In this document: positions 38,201 through 49,113 of the stretch, piece by piece
How the letters are laid out: the number at the start of each line of letters is the position of its first letter
Position numbering within the stretch: the stretch's first letter is position 1
DNA from: Vicugna vicugna
Lineage: Eukaryota
Assembly (NCBI GenBank): GCA_013265495.1
Contig: MU061547.1
Coordinates: forward strand, 1-64,000
DNA length: 64,000 nucleotides
Direction of reading: 5' to 3'
Notes under the pieces: model-generated
What the model was told of the DNA's origin: nothing
Databases searched by the model: none
Seen by the model: the letters and a program-made list of their open reading frames with translations, nothing else
Position numbers and translations under genes: made by a program

Positions 38201-41200
38201 TCTTTGCTTTTGTCTAGAATATCACGTCAGCCTGATAACAATGAGCATGTAATTTGATCAGACGCTCTGATGGTTACTTATATGCATGTAATTAAATTAT
38301 AGTGAAGATTAGATTATTCATGAAAGAAAGAAATTTTCAGTCCATCATAATTAAGTCTACCAATAAAACTGGTTCTTCTTTTTAAATAACAAATAGTGGT
38401 TGTCACCATTTAAAAGTCTGGGTAAAACTGCTTTTGCCAAAATAAGGACCCATTTCATTTTCTAGTAGTACTTTGCTTTCCAAGAGCCTAATCTGTATAA
38501 ACTTGAGAAAAAAATGACTGCTAATTTCTTTTGAAATAAATGGTCTACATCTTTGAAGGAACTCCTGCCTCTCATAAATCAGAAGAGCAAATATACCGCT
38601 AATTTTTTCTGGAACACTTGGTCCACATCCTTAAAAGAGTTCTTCATGAAGACTTTGATGGCCTCTCTCTCACAGGCCCCGTGCAGGTCCAGGAGCTCCT
38701 GGAGGGTTTCCGTGGGCAGCTGCACCTTCTGGTCCATCTGCTGGTCATAGTGGGCAACGGCCTTTTGCACTGCGGCCGAGTTCTCGATCTCAGCCAAGGC
38801 CAGGACTGCGTTCTCCATGCAGGGAAGATCCCCACTGCTGATGGCACTGACATAGGTCAGCACCAGGGTCTCCAGACCTACGAATAAGGAACAAATGACG
38901 CTTGTTGTAGGTGGGGTGAGTAAAGATTCTATTCTGTGTGATCCTGACCATGTCTATTACCAACCGTTTGCCTTAACAGCATCCATTTCCTCAGTGTCAC
39001 CTGGAAACTTGCTAAAAATGCAGACTCTCAGCCTCTGCCCCAGTTCAACTGAATTAGACCGTCCTCTTTGGCATAAGATCCTTAGGCGGTATGTATGCAC
39101 ATCGAAGGCTGAGAACCTCTGTTGTAGATAGCATAGGCCTGTGTTTACTGAGTGCATTCACCTTACTCCCAAGCACTGTTAGGACAGAAACCATACCTCT
39201 CTCACTGAAGTCTGTATCATCAGCCATGGTAAGTCCATGGGAAACCCTGGATGAATATGTGGGGAACAATTCTAAAGGAGTCCTCCTTGCTTTTTGTAGC
39301 AGAGCATTAACCAGCAGAGCTTTCTGGGATGATGGAAGTGTGCTGTCTGTGCTGTCCAGTGTAGGTACGAGCGCTTGAGATACAGCTGTGTGATCATTAT
39401 GTTAAACTTCTTTCATTTTAACTTAGATTTAAATTTCGATAACCACGCCTGTCTAGTGAGAGCCATACTGGACAGGGCAGGTCCAGCGTCTAGGACACTA
39501 AGCTCTTAGAGCTTTTTCCCTTTGGCCTGTCCTATCTTTTCTCACCTAAGAAATCTGAGTGATAAGGTCTATTAGAAATGTTGGTGCCATCTAGAACTTA
39601 ATATGCTGATAGCAGTAGGTTTGCATTTTTCAAAGCTGAAAACTAAGGGGATGTTATACACTGTCCTTTAGTCTTAACAGTGAGAGACCAAGTGGATCAG
39701 AATAAAAAGGGTAAGGAGGAGAATGGGAGGGACGGAAGTTTGGGCTTAAGTAGAGCAACAGACAGTGAGACATATGATGATATTATTTGAAATCTTGGCT
39801 ACATCGATCCTTAAAGCAGGTTGAAAGCTAAACTGATGAATTACCATTTTTGTTGAAGCAACTATCATTGGGTTTCTGTCTCTTGCAACATAAAGATCCA
39901 GCTGTAATAGTGGTCTACAAGAAATACCTGCTGATTAATCTGATAGTCCAGTTTCTAACTTGACTGTGAATTGAGTGCACTCTCTTGGGTGAGCATATAG
40001 GATGCATCCGGTATAACAGGCTCCCTGTCCGTGGTTACTGAATTAAAGCAGGAATGCTGTCAGCCCTGTACTTGCACATCCATGTGCAGTACACTTAGTC
40101 CCATTGGTGTTTCAAGGAGGCGTGTCAGCAGCTTCCCAGAACCAATCCTGGTTACCTGTATTCCCTTCCTGGGCTCCTGGTCATACTTTTTCTTCAGCTC
40201 CTGTATCTTCTCCATGAAAAGACGATACCCTCCTGGTTTAGAATAAACCCCCTGTTTTACACCTTCTTCTAGAGAAGTGAAAATATCCTTAAGTAACGCT
40301 TTGCAACGGTCTGATGATTCTTTAAGATTCTGTTTACAAAAGTCATCTCGCTTTTTGTTTAGCTGGGCCTTTAATGTAAAAATAGGAAGTAAACAAAGTA
40401 GGGAAAAGATGTTAGTTTGACCTCAGAATTTCTGGAAAGGCTCCTCCCCACCGCCAGAAAAAGCTCTGTGACCCCTAGAGAAACTTGCAGGTGCTCAGCA
40501 GGGCCGTATCCTTCCTCCTGATCCTGACTTTCTACAAGTCCCTTTCTGCTTGGAAGTGATTACTAGCAGAGATTACTAGCTTTATCCTACGCCTTTGGGG
40601 ATAAACTTACGCTTTTTGAATTGGACCAGTGATTACATGCGAAATAAATGGGGCTCAACATAAGCCTGCTCAAGATAAATGAGACTACAGTTTTCTTTGC
40701 TTTTGTCTAGAATATCACGTCAGCCTGATAACAATGAGCATGTAATTTGATCAGACGCTCTGATGGTTACTTATATGCATGTAATTAAATTATAGTGAAG
40801 ATTAGATTATTCATGAAAGAAAGAAATTTTCAGTCCATCATAATTAAGTCTACCAATAAAACTGGTTCTTCTTTTTAAATAACAAATAGTGGTTGTCACC
40901 ATTTAAAAGTCTGGGTAAAACTGCTTTTGCCAAAATAAGGACCCATTTCATTTTCTAGTAGTACTTTGCTTTCCAAGAGCCTAATCTGTATAAACTTGAG
41001 AAAAAAATGACTGCTAATTTCTTTTGAAATAAATGGTCTACATCTTTGAAGGAACTCCTGCCTCTCATAAATCAGAAGAGCAAATATACCGCTAATTTTT
41101 TCTGGAACACTTGGTCCACATCCTTAAAAGAGTTCTTCATGAAGACTTTGATGGCCTCTCTCTCACAGGCCCCGTGCAGGTCCAGGAGCTCCTGGAGGGT

Positions 41201-44200
41201 TTCCGTGGGCAGCTGCACCTTCTGGTCCATCTGCTGGTCATAGTGGGCAACGGCCTTTTGCACTGCGGCCGAGTTCTCGATCTCAGCCAAGGCCAGGACT
41301 GCGTTCTCCATGCAGGGAAGATCCCCACTGCTGATGGCACTGACATAGGTCAGCACCAGGGTCTCCAGACCTACGAATAAGGAACAAATGACGCTTGTTG
41401 TAGGTGGGGTGAGTAAAGATTCTATTCTGTGTGATCCTGACCATGTCTATTACCAACCGTTTGCCTTAACAGCATCCATTTCCTCAGTGTCACCTGGAAA
41501 CTTGCTAAAAATGCAGACTCTCAGCCTCTGCCCCAGTTCAACTGAATTAGACCGTCCTCTTTGGCATAAGATCCTTAGGCGGTATGTATGCACATCGAAG
41601 GCTGAGAACCTCTGTTGTAGATAGCATAGGCCTGTGTTTACTGAGTGCATTCACCTTACTCCCAAGCACTGTTAGGACAGAAACCATACCTCTCTCACTG
41701 AAGTCTGTATCATCAGCCATGGTAAGTCCATGGGAAACCCTGGATGAATATGTGGGGAACAATTCTAAAGGAGTCCTCCTTGCTTTTTGTAGCAGAGCAT
41801 TAACCAGCAGAGCTTTCTGGGATGATGGAAGTGTGCTGTCTGTGCTGTCCAGTGTAGGTACGAGCGCTTGAGATACAGCTGTGTGATCATTATGTTAAAC
41901 TTCTTTCATTTTAACTTAGATTTAAATTTCGATAGCCACGCCTGTCTAGTGAGAGCCATACTGGACAGGGCAGGTCCAGCGTCTAGGACACTAAGCTCTT
42001 AGAGCTTTTTCCCTTTGGCCTGTCCTATCTTTTCTCACCTAAGAAATCTGAGTGATAAGGTCTATTAGAAATGTTGGTGCCATCTAGAACTTAATATGCT
42101 GATAGCAGTAGGTTTGCATTTTTCAAAGCTGAAAACTAAGGGGATGTTATACACTGTCCTTTAGTCTTAACAGTGAGAGAGAAGACTAGGGAAAAGGACT
42201 CACGCGGTCCATTGACCTTGATGCCTCCTGACAGAGTCTTAGTTTTGGAATTGCTAAAGATGTAGGTGCAGAAGAGTGCAGCTTGGTGCACGAATTCAGA
42301 GTCCAGCTCATCATCATGCAGTTCTTCAAGCCGGCTAAGCTGCTTCCTCTGAGTGGGTCGATCAAAGATAAAGCATTTCTTCTTTGGGAAGAACTTCCGG
42401 ATACAGAGTCGAGGCAGATTAAACATTTTATCTTTTTCACTGGTACCTGGAGGAAGATAAAAGAGAATTTGCCTAGTATAGGGGCTTACACACTTTTTCT
42501 GAATATTTTAGGCATTTGCAAGCCAGATGGTCTTTTTTCAAAGTACTCTATCTGCCGTCACAGCATGAAAGCAGCCCTAGACAGTCGATAAGTGAAGGGG
42601 CATAGCTGTTTTCCAGTAAAACCCTATTTACAAAGACAGCTGGCCATCATTTGACTTTGGGCCGTAGTCTGCCAACCCCTGGACTAATGCACTGTTCATG
42701 CTTTTATTTAATTTCTTCAAATAAATGACCATTCTACTCCATACTCTGGCTAATTACAGCATCACAAGCCCTAAGAAGATCATATCAATCTAGTCACAGC
42801 ACAGGGAAAGGTAAAAGAAAAAGCAACTCTTTCTTAGAACAAGAGAAAATAACTTAAAATCAAATCTATTAATTCAGGTATTAAAGAAGCTCTCAGGTTA
42901 AGTAATGGCCCCCGAGAAGAAACAGAAAACATAAATATAAGAAAACTGAATGGAAAACTAAAGAATGATAGTTTTGGGTGCTGACCTCATTTATCAGTTC
43001 TCAGTCCCCTTTACCTTTCTTCAGCTTGAGTGAATTCTCCAGGTACTCGTCTGGTGTGATACATTGCCCATCTGTTTCCAAGTCTAGGGAGAAATCCCTC
43101 AGCGTCCACACAAAGTCTGGAAAGAAGCTCACAAAGTCAGCTGAGTCCTCAACCCCGTCCTCCTCAGGGGAGGATTTTGCCCTGATTCTGTCTGTCAGCT
43201 CTGTCACATAGCTGAGCAGCAAATTCAGGAAAACTGGCATAAAAGAAGAGTGCCGCCTCTCCTACGATATTTCCACATACTCAAAACTGTCGTTTTGCGT
43301 TTGTCCTTTCTTTTTTTAGCGGATACAAACTACTCTACATAAAGCAGACAGGCAACAAGGATTTACTGTAAAACACAGGAAACCACATTCAAGTCCTGCA
43401 ATCACCCCCAATGGAAAATAATATGAAAACAACCACATATACACCTGACTATTGTTGCTGTACACCTGGAACTAACAATGTTGTAAGTCAACTATACTTC
43501 AACTTTTTAAAAAGCCTTGACATGCTCCAAAGGGCTCATGCTATTTTGGCACTGCATGTTTGCTGCCAGGGACATCTGGATGGGGCTCTTCGCCTGAGGA
43601 GCAATGCTAGGCTTACCACCTTGTTCTTAACCCAGGTATCAATTCTTCAGTGGGTACATAGGACTTTTTTCCCTGCCCTTGAATTATTTTTTATGTTTCT
43701 CTTTTTGGGTTTGATTCACCAGGATTCACAGTTAGGCAGCTATCTTTTTTAAATACAGGTCTCCCCTCTGAATGTGATGCTGTTCTGGACCCCAGAAAGG
43801 ATACTGTAGTTGGTCCATGGCCTGCTGGTTAATGGTTCCCATACTATTGTATACAAACGTGCTGCTTAGCAGTATTGCTAGGGCAAAGATCCAGGAGTCA
43901 TTCTGGTTGTCACCCTGGGAATCAGAACACATTTGGGCCAAGATTATATTTCATTGTCATGGCACTTTCCAGATCAGCAGGAGTAAAAGGATGTTCCTTT
44001 AATTAGAGGTTTTTAAATTTTTTTTTAGACTAATGACCTACAAAAGGAAACCAAATCTAAGCAAAAATGATTGTCAGTAGGACCTGAACTTTGTTTCATC
44101 TTTTTATTTGTTTTTAGAGGAGGTACTGGGGATTGAACCCAGGGCCTTATGCATGTCAGGCATGTACTCTACCACTGAGCCACATCCTCCCCCAGGACTT

Positions 44201-47085
44201 GAACTTTGAATAGTTTTCTGATTGGGATTTTTCGTTTACACTAATTCTGACTACGCCCTCTTAAGATCATTGATAGATAATTGCAAAACAAATAGTCAAT
44301 GTTGTTAGACTTTGTAAGACCTTAAATATAATTTAAATTTAAATTTTTCTCTTCATTTTTACAGAAAATTGTCTTAATATAAGAATAATAATACTTGGAT
44401 CAATCATTCAGCAATTATTATGCACCTAACATTTTCCACTACTTACCTTATGAAATATTCAAAATAATACTATGAGGCAAATGTAGATCTGTTATATGTG
44501 TTTTACAGATCAGAAAGCTGAGCTTAAGAGAGGTCAAATAACTTGTGAGGGTCACTGCATTACTGACAGAGTTTAAATTTAAAGCCAGCGGTATGGGACT
44601 TCAGAACCTGATCCCTTAACTAAAGTTCTTTGCAGGATAAGATTCATTACACTGATTTTATTTGTGCTACCTTCATGCATCTGGTTCACTGGCGTAGCCT
44701 ACAACCAACCTATCATTAATAATTTCAATACTCTCTACTGACCACTATGCTCTGCTTCTAGGATTCTGCCTAATGAATATTTTCCTGACCCATAGTTGTT
44801 AAGATTGGTCTCATGGCACGTACACAGAAATGAAAAAAAAAAAACATGATTGAGTGCAAGCTCTTATTTAAAGAAAAATTAAGTAGTGTAGAGACTATTC
44901 AGAGATGTGGGGCTTATTCCAAAACTGAATCCTCAATGCTTACCTTCTCTACATCCCCCAGGCCCTCAGTGTCAAGCAGAACTAGACTGTGGTTTGGCTT
45001 CTTGGGGTGAGGCACACACCACATCCAGATGCCCTTGGTGTGAGACTGCACCGTGGAGCCCAGGGAGAAGCCTGTGAGGGGGTGTGGGGAGAAAAGAGGT
45101 AGAGTTTTAATATTAGGTGGTTCTGGAAATTGAGATAAAAGTTAATAAAATCAAGTTTAGGAGAGAGAACTGAAATCACAACCAGTATTAATCTTACAAT
45201 CAAAGGAGCAGGGAAGTTAAGATACCAATCAACACACCAGAAATAGAAGGAAACTAACTCAACACAAAAAAGGTCCTGTATGCAACATTAGACTCAACGG
45301 TGAAAGACAGAAACCTTTTTTCTGCAAAAATTAACCGAAATGCATCAAAGACCTAGAATGTACTAGCTAAAACTATAAAACTGCAAGGAAACATACGTGA
45401 CATGCTTCACAATATCGGAATTGGCAATGATTTCTTAGATATGACACCAAAAGCATAAGCAACAATAAAAATAGACAAGTTGTACTTCATCAAAACTAAA
45501 ACTTTTGTGTATTAAAGGACACCATCAACACAGTTAAATAGGTAACAAATGGGAAAAATATATTTGCTAGTCATCAATCTGTTAAGGGATCGAATCCAGA
45601 ATATATAAAGAATTCCTAGAAAAAACAAAAAAGCAAATTAAAAAACCAACCAAATTAAAAAATGAGCAAAGGACCTAAATAAGCAATTCTCCAAAGAAAT
45701 TATTCAAAAGACTAATAAACACATGAAAAGACACTCAGCATCACTAGTCATTAGGGAAGTACAAATCAAAGCCACAATATCTTACATAACATATAATGGA
45801 AAATAAGCTGAAAAAAATATATAACTGAATCACTTTGCTGTATACCTGAAACTAACACAATATTGTGAATCAACTGTACTTAAAAAAAAAAGACAGAGCA
45901 GCCAAACATGTATTGTAGATCTTATGTGAATCCTGAAAGTTAACTGATATGTATAAGAAAATGGGAAAATGTAAAACTGAATGAACATTTGATAATATTA
46001 GAAAGTTATTAATTTAGAAAACCACAGTGAGATACTTCAGACCCATTAGGAAGGCTAAAAAATCAGAAAATACCAAGTGTTGATAAGGATATGGAGAAAT
46101 TAGATCCCTTGTGCTTTTCTGGTGGAAATATAAAATGGTAATGCTTCTGGGGAAAAGTTATGGTGATTTCTTAAAAAATTAAACATAGAATTATCATATG
46201 ATCCAACAATTCCACTTCTTGGTATATACCCAAAATACGTGAAAGCAGGGACTTGAACAGATATTTGTACCCCCATGTTCTTAGCAACATTATTCATAAG
46301 AGCCAAAAGGTGGAAGTAACCGAGACGTCCATCAACAGATAAAAGGATAAACAAATTGATATGCACATACAATTATTCAGCCTTAAAAGGGAAGAGAATT
46401 TTGACACATGCTACAACATTGATGAACCTTGAAGATATGATGCTAAGTGAAATAAGCCATCACAAAAGGGAATATAATGTATGAGTCCTCTTACATGAGA
46501 CTCCTAGAGCCGTCAAATTAATAGACAGCATGTAGAAAGATGTTGTCAAGGGCTGGAGTTATTGTTTATTGGGGTACAGAGTTTCTGTTCGGGGAAACTC
46601 ATGGAGATGGATGGTGGTGATGTTTGCACAACAGTGTGAATTTACTCAATGCCACAGAACTTCAAAATGGTTACAGTGGTCAATTTATGTTATGCATATC
46701 TTACGACAGTTAAAAATAAAAGAAAGAAAATTCTTTCAGATCATAGTGAAGATATGAGCATAACTGTGATTTGAAAGTGAGCTTTCAATATTCCTCCCCA
46801 TCTCTAGCTTCCTCTCTTCCCATCACCGTCCTGAATGCTGGGAGTGTGGGTGGATAGAAGGGACTCAGGGAGGCTTTGCTGGTGTCCTCACTCACCTTTG
46901 CTTTTCCCAGCCAGCTTGTTCATCAAGTAGGATTTGCCTGTGCGGTAGAGGCCCACGATGGCCACCACCACCACTGGCTGCGTGATGGCAGACAGGATGG
47001 TCAGAGCTTTCGGATTAGCCACCAGTCGCCCATTAGTGTTCTCAATGAGGCACAAGGGTTCTGGCATGTGGATCGCTGAAGCCAT
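35125..47085 (-). CDS. GBP1: GBP1-like guanylate-binding protein, spliced CDS span (10 coding exons, 1773 nt, 590 aa using one copy of exons 7-8)
   Basis: Coding exons with GT-AG borders measure 190/128/110/197/243/281/213/103/194/114 nt and join into one open frame. Motifs are G1 GLYRTGKS, G3 DTEG and G4-like TLRD, followed by a helical C-terminal domain and the CaaX box CVLS. The GBP1 label (versus GBP2/3) is inferred from the Ser-ending CaaX and the promoter layout. Confidence 0.85.
36357..36550 (-). CDS. GBP1: GBP exon 10
   Basis: [16 protein letters not shown]...[11 protein letters not shown]; cag|...|gtaatt; 194 nt. Confidence 0.95.
36787..36889 (-). CDS. GBP1: GBP exon 9
   Basis: [34 protein letters not shown]; tag|...|gtgagg; 103 nt. 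Confidence 0.95.
37663..37875 (-). CDS. GBP1: GBP exon 8, copy B (duplicate)
   Basis: Matches copy A at an offset of 2493 nt; splice sites intact. Confidence 0.9.
38597..38877 (-). CDS. GBP1: GBP exon 7, copy B (duplicate)
   Basis: Matches copy A at an offset of 2493 nt; splice sites intact. Confidence 0.9.
38975..39482. mobile_element. MER5A-like and MER3-like relics (duplicated at +2493)
   Basis: tcacctggaaacttgctaaaaatgcagactc (MER5A-like); ctttctgggatgatggaa...atactggacagggcag (MER3-like). Confidence 0.6.
40156..40368 (-). CDS. GBP1: GBP exon 8, copy A
   Basis: [14 protein letters not shown]...[10 protein letters not shown]...EPRKGIQ; aag|...|gtaacc; 213 nt. Confidence 0.92.
41090..41370 (-). 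CDS. GBP1: GBP exon 7, copy A (first transcribed)
   Basis: [28 protein letters not shown]...FQKKLA; tag|...|gtatat; 281 nt. Confidence 0.92.
42204..42446 (-). CDS. GBP1: GBP exon 6
   Basis: ...[23 protein letters not shown]...GGIKVNGP; cag|...|gtgagt; 243 nt. Confidence 0.95.
43015..43211 (-). CDS. GBP1: GBP exon 5
   Basis: [15 protein letters not shown]...[16 protein letters not shown]...LKLKK; cag|...|gtaaag; 197 nt. Confidence 0.95.
43805..43914 (-). CDS. GBP1: GBP exon 4
   Basis: [36 protein letters not shown]; cag|...|gtatcc; 110 nt. Confidence 0.95.
44094..44193 (-). mobile_element. Vic-1-type SINE in GBP intron 3
   Basis: tRNA-like body; 15-bp TSD aggac(c/t)tgaactttg at 44079-44093 and 44194-44208. 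Confidence 0.85.
44944..45071 (-). CDS. GBP1: GBP exon 3
   Basis: [43 protein letters not shown]; cag|...|gtaag; 128 nt. Confidence 0.95.
45190..46725 (+). mobile_element. Older L1 fragments in GBP intron 2
   Basis: ORF2 3' relics and a 3' UTR ending in an A-rich tail. Confidence 0.8.
46896..47085 (-). CDS. GBP1: GBP exon 2, coding part (start codon, P-loop)
   Basis: [19 protein letters not shown]...[19 protein letters not shown]; acceptor tgcag| just upstream of 47095, donor |gtgagt after 46896. Confidence 0.95.
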
Positions 47086-48950
47086 GTTCCCTTGTCTGCA
47101 AGAAAAGAGATGGAATGATTTAGAATTTCTAGTCTAAACAGATCAAGAACTTCCACCAGGTTATTTTGCATTCAGAAGGAAGGTCATAAAATTCCCCAAC
47201 ATGGCCAGAAGTTTTGTGTCAACGCTGAGATAGATGGAGGAAAGATCTGTATCATTTTAGAAAGTTACAGAAGTATTATGAAAGTAGTCCATTAAAAATA
47301 TTGATATCACAGTGATTAATGAACAAAATCTTTCATTTAGTTTATCATGGAAAACTTTCCTTTTGGATTCTCATTAAAATTTTTATAGTAGACATTAAGT
47401 GGAAAATAAAATTGGATTTAGAGGGATTTGTTGTACATCCTGGCTATGTGTGAGAAATTCAATCGTGTTTATTCACTAACCCTTACTATCAATAAAGACT
47501 TTCATGAGTAAATGTTACATCATTTGATGTACGTCTTTGAACAATTTCCAGAGATTTTGAATGTAGTGTTTTCCCCCCAACTAGTTACTGCTTATTTTTG
47601 CTGGAATGAGAGTCCAAGACTTCTCACACTGCTGTCTTGGAAGTGGAACCAATATCACTTACTATTGCAAATTTTATAAAAATATATGACCTTGTGAATC
47701 ACGAGGCTAGGGACCCTTGCGAAGCCTTGGTGTGGGCTTGTGTGAGCAGGGGTGCTGACACTTAGACTTGATTAGCTTCCCAATAAATTAGCCTCCAACT
47801 GAGTGGGGGGTAAGCTGCACAAGTGTAATCACTGCACGTTGCTAAAACTCATGTTTGCGTATATATGTGTGTGTGGTGTAATGGAACAAAGGACAATGGA
47901 ATAAAGATTAGAAGATCAGGAGCAGATCAGGAGAGCAAGAGAGAAAGTTGTTCAGAGGACATACCTATTTTTCCAGCCATACAGTTCCAAGTTTTCTGTT
48001 TCTTCTTTTTTTCCCTTTTGGTAGAGGGGAAGGAGAAGCAGGAAAGTAGAAAGAGGGGTAGGGGAGAGGGACGCGGAGGGGAGAGGGGGCAGGGAGCTGA
48101 AAAGAAGAGAGAAAGCTGTCAGACAAGTGGGTGATGAGGAAGCAGGCGCCTAGCCAAGGAGTTGAGGGGAAGAGTTTCCAGAAGGCAGGATCAAAACTCC
48201 TTGACAGCACAGAAGGGACAAAGGAAACAAAGATGGCACCTTTAGTGCTGCCCCACCGTGGATTCTTTTAGGAGGAAGCTTTTTAGCAAAGCAGTGGGGC
48301 TGAATTCAGTGCCTAATGGGTAGGGAGTGAGTTGGCACCAAGAAGCTGGACCTAGTGAACCTGCACTATTTCTAAAAGCAGTTCTTTGAAACAAAGTTCA
48401 AATACACGATTGAGGAGTGTGGTCTCTTCATGAATCTACTCCTTTCAGTTTGGTTTCAGGGTTTTTTCTTTGTCTTTAACAATGTGAGTGGTGTTTTCCT
48501 GCATCCCATTTACTATTCTTTCCTTCTCATGAAAATAATGTATTTATAGCCCCTTCAATTCCTTAGCTGCAGGCAGATCAGTATTGAGCGAGTTCCATCA
48601 AAGACAGCAGTAATTTAATCGTGTTCCCAGTCAGCTCACACAGCACCAGCAAAGAAGAAGAAGGTCCTCATTCATTTCAAGCTCTTAGGTTAAGCCCCAC
48701 GTCCTAGGTGCTTAATCCCACACCAGCGCGGTGATGACACAGGACAGACAGCAGGGCTCCATCTGACCTCGTGGCGCATGGCACGCTCAGCTGCAGCCGA
48801 CCTTGATGCTGGTCATTTTTAGAAAACTAGCTGACCTTTATAAATCCCTTCCCACCCCACACCAGTTGTAACATGGGCTCCTTTCCCCAAGGAGAGCTCC
48901 TTCAGCCCTGGAGCGAGAGCTGCTCTGAGGACAAAGCAGAGAGGTCTTAC

Positions 48951-49050
48951 CTGTTTTCTTCTCAGTTCCGTGACTTCTCTGTCTTTCAAGAGGTGGTTAG
49001 CCTTTTATCTCACCCACCCAAAGTCATGGAGCTCTCCTGACTTCTTTTAG
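48951..49050 (-). other. GBP1: Probable non-coding exon 1 of the GBP gene (5' boundary approximate)
   Basis: Strong donor cag|gtaaga at 48951/48950, about 140-160 nt downstream of the ISRE/GAS pair; GBP genes have an untranslated first exon. Confidence 0.65.
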
Positions 49051-49090
49051 AGAGCTGACAGTCAGCAGTAAAGCAATCTCTGTTGTAGAC

Positions 49091-49113
49091 TTTGAGTAAA
49101 ATGAAATTGAAAG
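49091..49113 (-). promoter_or_regulatory. Proximal ISRE plus adjacent GAS of the GBP promoter
   Basis: Minus strand reads CTTTCAATTTCAT-T-TTACTCAAA: an IRF core TTTCNNTTTC plus a GAS-type TTNCNNNAA, the same layout as the classic human GBP1 element. An AP-1 site TGACTCA lies at 49131-49137. Confidence 0.8.

Larger units (their letters stand above)
37195..42180. repeat. Direct tandem duplication of a ~2.49-kb unit (37195-39687 and 39686-42180) containing GBP exons 7-8
   Basis: Duplicated ORFs sit at an offset of 2493. The junction reads ...cagtgagaGA|ccaagtgg with a 2-nt microhomology. About 8 differences are visible by eye. Confidence 0.97.

Noticed and set aside
38895..39378. Overlapping ORFs between duplicated GBP exons (repeated at +2493)
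   Set aside because: Intronic MER-containing sequence, seen twice only because of the tandem duplication.
48443..48457. ISRE-like TTTCAGTTTGGTTTC in GBP intron 1
   Set aside because: Imperfect match that is plausible by chance in AT-rich DNA.
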